NCBI GenBank assembly: GCA_965204535.1
Contig: CBDBEV010000001.1
Location: forward strand, 1,088,001-1,152,000
Reading direction: 5' to 3'
DNA: 64,000 nucleotides
From: a bacterium
GTDB lineage: Bacteria > UBA8248
Of this stretch, positions 56,967 to 64,000 are shown in pieces. How positions within the stretch are numbered: the first letter of the stretch is position 1; every line of letters begins with the position of its first letter. The notes beneath the pieces were generated by a model that saw only the letters and a program-made list of their open reading frames with translations, did not search any database and was not told where the DNA came from. Made by a program: the position numbers and the translations under genes.

Positions 56967-57617
56967 CTAGGCGGAAGCCGCCGCCCCGGCCTTCTGCTCG
57001 GCCAGCAACTCGTCGAGCAACTCCTCGACGCGCGCCGCTTCCATCCAGTCGGACTTGTAGGCGATCCTGCCTTCCTTATCCACGATGAACGTCATGTTCG
57101 GCATGCGGCCGAAGGCGTGCACGACGCTCTCGTCCAGGTCGTCGATGAGCACGGGCACCTTCATCCCGAACTCCTCCACCATCTCCTGCGCGTATTGTTT
57201 CTTGTGTTCATACGTGGTGTGCTGCGCGTACTTCTTGAAGTGGCTCGTCTCGCCCGCGTGGGGTTCCTTGGAGTAGACGACGAAGAAGACCACGTCCTCA
57301 TCCTTGTACTTCTCCTGCAAATCCTCGACGCCGGCCACCTGCCGGCGGTAGGGGGGTCACGTGATGGCCCCGAACTCGACCACGATGTTCTTCTTGCCGA
57401 AGAAATCGGAGAGGTCGAACGCGACGTCGTCGGTGGTCTTGAGGCGGACGTCCGGCATCGGCTCGCCCGGTTTCAGGGTGTCGCGGAACGCCTCCTTGCG
57501 CTGCTTGCGGTAGCCCATGAGCATCCGCTTCGCGAACTGAAACTTGTCGATGTAGAACGCGCTCCATAGCCCGAACAGCGGCCCCGGCGGCCTGTCGAAT
57601 TCGTCCGATACTCGCAT
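56967..57617 (-). CDS. iodothyronine-deiodinase-like / peroxiredoxin-fold selenoprotein (in-frame UGA = Sec)
   Basis: Track ORFs 57357-57722 and 56967-57338 share a frame, joined by TGA at 57357-59: VVEFGAIT-U-PPYRRQ...VVYSKEPHAGE; hairpin immediately 3' of the UGA; RBS GGAG before ATG 57617. Confidence 0.82.
57329..57347 (-). promoter_or_regulatory. candidate bacterial SECIS element
   Basis: Minus strand CGCCGGC-AGGTG-GCCGGCG stem-loop starting ~10 nt after the UGA. Confidence 0.65.
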
Positions 57618-57867
57618 AATCGCTCCAAATATGAGGGTGAAAAGACGCCGCCCCATTAAAGACGAACGGGGCGTGGAGTGCAAGGGGAGGGGGTCTCGAT
57701 ACCCCCACTCCTCCATGGACAAAACGAAAGCCTTGTTTTACCTTCACCTGAGAACAAAACCGGATTGTAAAGTCTGCGCTTGGTCCATCTCCTGGAAAAC
57801 TCGTTCAATTTCGTGTATATTTCGTTACACGTAGGTGGCGTAACTGCTCCCCCCGAAGGAAATCCGC

Positions 57868-58404
57868 ATGACAATCCGCTTCGAGATGAACGAAGACAAG
57901 GCTATCGAGGTTTTGACCTGGCTGGCGAACGAACAGCCGGGGATCGCTGCGTTTCACGTCTCGAAGGTTCTCTATTATGCGGACAAGGAACACTTGAACC
58001 GCTACGGCAGGCCTGTAGTCGGGGACACGTATATCCGAATGGAATTCGGCCCCGTGCCTTCGAAAACATACGATCTGATCAAGAAAGAGAATTTAGGGCA
58101 AAGCGTCCTCAAGAGATTCAGGGAAGCCGTCGATGTTCGGGGCGGTTTTCGGCACTTGCATCCGCTCAGAGAGCCGAACATGGAGATGCTCTCGCGGACG
58201 GATGTCGAATGCCTCGCGAATGCGCTCCAAAAATACGGAACCCGCGATTTCGGGGTTCTGAGCAGGATTTCACATCGTGAGACTGCATGGGCGAACGCGC
58301 CGGAAAACGGTCCGATGGACTATGAGCACATGATTGAACAAGGCCCGAACCAGGAAGAGATCATACAAAACCTCAAAGAGCATTCGCACCAAATCGCATT
58401 TTAG
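57868..58404 (+). CDS. Panacea-domain (DUF4065/SocA/GepA-like) antitoxin
   Basis: KVLYYADKEHLNRYGRPVVGDTYIRMEFGPVPSKTYD, LSRISHRETAW. Confidence 0.85.
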   Translation: MTIRFEMNEDKAIEVLTWLANEQPGIAAFHVSKVLYYADKEHLNRYGRPVVGDTYIRMEFGPVPSKTYDLIKKENLGQSVLKRFREAVDVRGGFRHLHPLREPNMEMLSRTDVECLANALQKYGTRDFGVLSRISHRETAWANAPENGPMDYEHMIEQGPNQEEIIQNLKEHSHQIAF

Positions 58405-58407
58405 GGG

Positions 58408-58893
58408 ATGCGCTCCGGCGACGTTTTTCATTACCACAGCCGCATTACCAGACCGCCGAAAGACAAGTTCATCATCTGTGTTTGCCCCGAAGAACTTCTG
58501 TTCTTTTTCATAAACTCCAACCCGCCCGTACCGGATGGGGCGGGGGTCGAAATCACACCATCCGATCTTCCCTGTCTGACCCATGTATCTTATGTCGATA
58601 CGTCGATGATGATCATGGTGTATCCCGACGAACTGGAAGAGACATCGGCAAGAGGCGAGATATCATTGTCCATGCGTGAAAAGGTTGCGGCGTGCGCCCG
58701 AAGCCACGGAATTCTCCCAGGGAGATTCTTGGGGATACTGGAGAGGAATTTCCTTGCATATTTTTCTATCCAACCCCCGTGGGCAAGGTTGGATGTAATT
58801 TGCTTCCTCCCCCCCCCAAATTCACGCCGCCCTGTGAATCTGATATGCTCGGACCGTGCGCCTCGCAAGCCTTGCGCGGCGCCTGCCGAATAA
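58408..58893 (+). CDS. putative toxin partner of the Panacea antitoxin (possible MazF/PemK-like fold)
   Basis: Starts 3 nt after the antitoxin stop; GDVF..PPKDKFIICV..FINS..LTHVSYVD pattern; C-terminal ~40 aa may be read-through extension. Confidence 0.55.
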   Translation: MRSGDVFHYHSRITRPPKDKFIICVCPEELLFFFINSNPPVPDGAGVEITPSDLPCLTHVSYVDTSMMIMVYPDELEETSARGEISLSMREKVAACARSHGILPGRFLGILERNFLAYFSIQPPWARLDVICFLPPPNSRRPVNLICSDRAPRKPCAAPAE

Positions 58894-58929
58894 ACAAGCC
58901 TGCCGCTATGCTCCCCCAAGGAGGGGACG

Positions 58930-60756
<1,827 letters not shown>

Positions 60757-60815
60757 TGTTGAAATAATGTTGATTTCGAGATGTAGTGTATGAAACCAAC
60801 CGGGGAGGAGGGTCT

Positions 60816-60889
60816 GTAGGGACAGGTCGCGACCTGTCCCAATGAAGTGGAACGGTTTTGTTCGTCATTCCGGCGAAAGCCGGAATCCA
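60816..60889. repeat. GTAG- and CGTC-type REP hairpins
   Basis: GTAGGGACAGGTCGCGACCTGTCCC and CGTCATTCCGGCGAAAGCCGGAATCCA. Confidence 0.75.
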
Positions 60890-60954
60890 TTTGAATTATT
60901 TTTTGCCTTTCGTTTTTGTGTTGTTCAGAAGGACGAGATGCTCGGTTGGAATTT

Positions 60955-62088
60955 TTAGTAATCCTCGGCGTGCTCCTCGTATTCTTCGATGATGGAATCA
61001 TTCGTATGTTCGAGGTGAGGCTTGTTTCCGAGTTCCTCCAGCGCGTCGTAGGAGAGGAAAGAACAGTTTTTGTATAAAGGGCCCCGTTCGAGCAGCGAGA
61101 ACACGGGGCGTTTGATCTCGCGCAATACCTTTTCCCGTTTTTCATCTGCCGCGACGATGTGAAGCCGGATGTCCATGTTGGGTTGAAGCGCCAGGAGGTC
61201 CGCCATTCTCAGCAAGCCCGAATACACTGCCGTGGTGTGTTCGACTTCGAACGCCCTCGCCATCGCTCGGCCCTTTAGCCAGATGACGTCAATCTGCTCG
61301 ATGGTGCGGAGTGTCGTATCGTCATAGTTGAGCGGCAGACTTTCCAGAAAATTGGGTTTCATGCCATCGGAGACGTTTGCAAGCACACGCTCTTTGTCGT
61401 TTCGCGGCACCCAGACTTGAAAACCCATTTTGGCTCCCATCTCCGCGATTTTCGCCTGTATCTGTATGGATTTCCGAGTTTCCGAAGGCGCTGTGGCTTC
61501 AACTAAGGCTTCCGCCGCATCGCCGCCGTCCTCGTCGCCTACGGGAACTTCGACCGATACTTCGCCGCTTGGGGTAGGAACCTTCAGTTTCTTTGTAAGA
61601 GAGCGTCGATCCGTGTCCGTGAGGGGATAGTCAATTCGGCTATCGCCTTGTTGTTGCCGTTTGAGGCGAGATACGAGGAAATCACCGTCAGAATCGTTTA
61701 TGGTTCGTAGAGAACTGGCGATGTTCGCACCCCAGCCCCGAGCCCCCTTTTCTATGTTTTTGGTTATGGAAAGAGTGTACCAGATTTCATCGTTCTCAAT
61801 CGGTATCGAGTGTTCCGGATCGAGGATGACGATCGGTTCCACCTTGAAGTGGACCTCCCAGGGCATGGGGTCTTCGGGAACCGGCCCGTCGTCATAGGCA
61901 TCGGAAGCGATTCGCAACACGCCACACCAACGCTTTGTGTAAGCTAGATAGCAAACGAAGATGTCGCCGGGTTTGATGCTCGCGTGCGCCCTGCTGCGGT
62001 GCCCTTTCGTAAAGCTGCTGATGCTGGCGCCGCGCTCCCGGAAAATCGACCAGGTTTCAGGGGTAAACAGATTAAGATAATAAGCCAT
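60955..62088 (-). CDS. EVE-domain protein fused to a PD-(D/E)xK-like nuclease
   Basis: N-terminal YYLNLFTPETW..IKPGDIFVCYL..WCGVLRI (EVE/PUA-like); C-terminal IDVIWL..AFEVEHTT..YSGLLRMADL. Confidence 0.72.
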   Translation of the reverse strand: MAYYLNLFTPETWSIFRERGASISSFTKGHRSRAHASIKPGDIFVCYLAYTKRWCGVLRIASDAYDDGPVPEDPMPWEVHFKVEPIVILDPEHSIPIENDEIWYTLSITKNIEKGARGWGANIASSLRTINDSDGDFLVSRLKRQQQGDSRIDYPLTDTDRRSLTKKLKVPTPSGEVSVEVPVGDEDGGDAAEALVEATAPSETRKSIQIQAKIAEMGAKMGFQVWVPRNDKERVLANVSDGMKPNFLESLPLNYDDTTLRTIEQIDVIWLKGRAMARAFEVEHTTAVYSGLLRMADLLALQPNMDIRLHIVAADEKREKVLREIKRPVFSLLERGPLYKNCSFLSYDALEELGNKPHLEHTNDSIIEEYEEHAEDY

Positions 62089-62179
62089 GAGGCGAACCTA
62101 TCAACGACTGCGTGAGATCGTCAATTGTGTTCGCTTCGGTGGTGAAGTGAACGGAGCGTTCCGTGAGGGGTACCTACCT

Positions 62180-62620
62180 TCAAAATGAAAAGCTGTATGT
62201 TCCGTTGCCTTCGACAGCTAATGAACCCACCGACAGGATGTCCATTCCGAGCAGGACGTCGAAATCGCCGCGAGGCGCGATGAACTCGGCTCCCTGCACG
62301 GCGGAACCGACAAGGTGTGTTTCGGCGATGTTCCGACCTTCGGCCTTCACGGTGAAGGCGACGTGAAACAGATACGCATGATGGAAGGTTTGACCGGATA
62401 CGCCGCTGATGGGTACTTTGCCGACAGGCTCCAAACCGACGGCCTCCACCACGTTTTTCGTGAGGCACGTCAAGGAAGCGCCGGTGTCGACCAGCGCCTT
62501 GAATACATGTGGGGTTTTCTCGCTCATTCCCGCCGGGAAACGCTCCGTATCTTCCAGGGATAGGATATGGACGTCCACGAATACCTGGTTCCCGTCGTGT
62601 TCACCCCAGATGCACGGCAT
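62180..62620 (-). CDS. retropepsin-like aspartyl protease
   Basis: ALVDTGAS and DVLLGMDIL motifs. Confidence 0.85.
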   Translation of the reverse strand: MPCIWGEHDGNQVFVDVHILSLEDTERFPAGMSEKTPHVFKALVDTGASLTCLTKNVVEAVGLEPVGKVPISGVSGQTFHHAYLFHVAFTVKAEGRNIAETHLVGSAVQGAEFIAPRGDFDVLLGMDILSVGSLAVEGNGTYSFSF

Positions 62621-62864
62621 GGGAATAAGACCCCAGACTGACGGGGGTGTCGTCGATTTTCTGGATCGAAAAGAGTCCGTCCTCGAACAATCGGGCGCCC
62701 GCCGTCTGCGCGTCTCCGGGCGTGTCGAAGACCGCGACCAGTTCTTTATTCTTGAGAAGCGCGAACTTGCCGAAGTGATGCTGCTTTAGGCGAGGAAACT
62801 CCGCCAGGAAAAATTCGAGGTTGTCGTCGATTTCCCGCTCTTTTTGTTCTCGCGTCGATTTCAT
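62601..62864 (-). CDS. small protein (DUF5678-like) coupled to the aspartyl protease
   Basis: NLEFF..L..HHFGKFALLKNKELVAVFDT..DA..G..FSIQ; overlaps the protease start; RBS GGAGGAGG. Confidence 0.65.
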   Translation of the reverse strand: MKSTREQKEREIDDNLEFFLAEFPRLKQHHFGKFALLKNKELVAVFDTPGDAQTAGARLFEDGLFSIQKIDDTPVSLGSYSHAVHLG

Positions 62865-62950
62865 CGCGGCCTCCTCCCCGCTTTTCCGAAACTATAGCAC
62901 ACGTAACGTGATTCGTTGAGCCGATGCGCGTTCCTCCTGGGCGAAGGCGT

Positions 62951-63059
62951 CCCTCGATACGGCCCTTCGGGCCTACTCGGGATGAGGGGTTTTGAGGCGT
63001 CTGCGTAACCCGAATTCTCTCCCTCACCCTGAGTAGCTGCGAAGCAGCGTATCGAAGGG
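62951..63059. repeat. inverted pair of REP-like hairpins
   Basis: CCCTCGATACGGCCCTTCGGGCCTACTCGGGATGAGG ... CCTCACCCTGAGTAGCTGCGAAGCAGCGTATCGAAGGG. Confidence 0.7.
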
Positions 63060-63082
63060 CGACTGCCTTTCCCTGCCGCCCC

Positions 63083-64000
63083 CTAATCCTCATCACTCAG
63101 CGTGAACGCGCCGTCGCTGGCCGGGATGTAGGTCTCGGGCAGGCCGAGTTCCTTCTTCACGATGTTCGTCCCGCGCGCCAGGGCCACCATCTTGTAGAAC
63201 GCGTGGCGGCGGCTCATGCCCTCGCGCCCGAAGCCGCAGTCGGTGGAGATGCAGAGCCGCTCGGCGGGAACCGTCTCGAGCGCCTTCCGGATGAGGGCGG
63301 CCACTTCTTCGGGGCGCTCCACCTGGAGTCCCCGGTGGTTGATGACGCCGATGGCCACCTTGGGTTTCGTGATTCGCTTGCCGATTTCGCCTAAGTCCAT
63401 CCCGCCCGTGCTCGCGCACTCGAAGGTGAGCACGTCGACGTCCAGTTCGTTCATGTATTCGAGGGCGGGCGCGTAGCTTTTCGAGGACTCGTAGAACCGC
63501 TGCTGGGCCGGGTTGCCCCAGCAGGTATGGCACCAAAGCTCCAGCTTGTCCCGCAGGCCCGCCACGCTCCTGTTGAACGCATCCACGTAGAACTCCATCG
63601 ACATCTCCGAATCCTCGGCGTGGAAATCAAAACGGTGCACCCAGGGCTCTTCGACTTGAAAAATCTGGCAGCCCGCGTCCGCCAGGCGGTGGAATTCCGC
63701 GTGCATGATTTCGCACAGGTCGAGGCATAGCTCGCGCCTGTCGTCATAGAACTCGTTCGAGACGATGGATTCCACGCAATCAGCACTGATGGAGCCGAAC
63801 TTGAGTGGCTTGTCCGTCATCGCCTGCGCGCAGCGCCACATCTGGGCGTATTCGAGGGGGCCTTCGCCGACTTTCGAGGTGACCTTGGGCAACATCCTGG
63901 CTTCGAGCACCTCGAACATGATCTCCCCCGGCACGGAACCGCCCCAGGTGGCGTGGCTCCTCGACGTTTCGTGGCCCGAGAAGCCGGCGAGCCTGTCGAC
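63083..64000 (-). CDS. cobalamin-independent methionine synthase II (MetE C-terminal domain) family protein, 5' end outside window
   Basis: IFQVEEP, Zn ligands WCHTCWGN, TFEC, STDCGFG; VERPEEVA. Confidence 0.85.
   Translation of the reverse strand, partial: VDRLAGFSGHETSRSHATWGGSVPGEIMFEVLEARMLPKVTSKVGEGPLEYAQMWRCAQAMTDKPLKFGSISADCVESIVSNEFYDDRRELCLDLCEIMHAEFHRLADAGCQIFQVEEPWVHRFDFHAEDSEMSMEFYVDAFNRSVAGLRDKLELWCHTCWGNPAQQRFYESSKSYAPALEYMNELDVDVLTFECASTGGMDLGEIGKRITKPKVAIGVINHRGLQVERPEEVAALIRKALETVPAERLCISTDCGFGREGMSRRHAFYKMVALARGTNIVKKELGLPETYIPASDGAFTLSDED

Noticed and set aside
56967-57722. Two separate small genes or a pseudogene, as the ORF track implies
   Set aside because: Same frame, the UGA falls exactly at the catalytic position and is followed by a SECIS-like hairpin.

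Overview
High-GC bacterial chromosomal window. It opens with the 3' part of an rRNA operon (23S, 5S). Core and catabolic genes follow: two sugar-type ABC importers, a TAXI-TRAP transporter with an M24 peptidase, a complete 2-hydroxyisobutyryl-CoA mutase operon (hcmB-hcl-meaH-hcmA), a YchF-like ATPase, an amgK-like/GNAT/mshA-like/PIG-L/nagZ operon, pdxH, an LLM monooxygenase with flavin reductase, ftsH and a MetE-like enzyme. Interspersed are small defence or TA-type cassettes (Mrr, HEPN, XRE, HigA+SEC-C, Panacea+toxin, EVE-nuclease, aspartyl-protease pair), a decayed NHLP/proteusin export locus with a halogenase fragment, two full IS1182 copies and a group II intron 5' fragment. Intergenic DNA is dense in REP-like hairpins and in ~270-315 bp non-autonomous elements with IS1182-type ends. 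Top candidates for undescribed biology: (1) a HEPN RNase gene preceded by a promoter and a ~95-nt three-way-junction RNA ending in a U-run, bracketed by identical REPs (type III TA-like); (2) a UGA-recoded, SECIS-bearing deiodinase-like selenoprotein that the ORF track splits in two; (3) a sugar ABC ATPase with a ~4-TM membrane domain inserted in its second NBD, near a TRAP permease that also has large membrane insertions; (4) a nested IS1182/MITE/REP hairpin-targeting system; (5) an MshA-like/PIG-L/Fem-like GNAT cluster that may make a mycothiol-like metabolite without MshC. All family assignments are by motif recognition; no database search was run. The gene content resembles marine sponge-associated bacteria, which is inference only.
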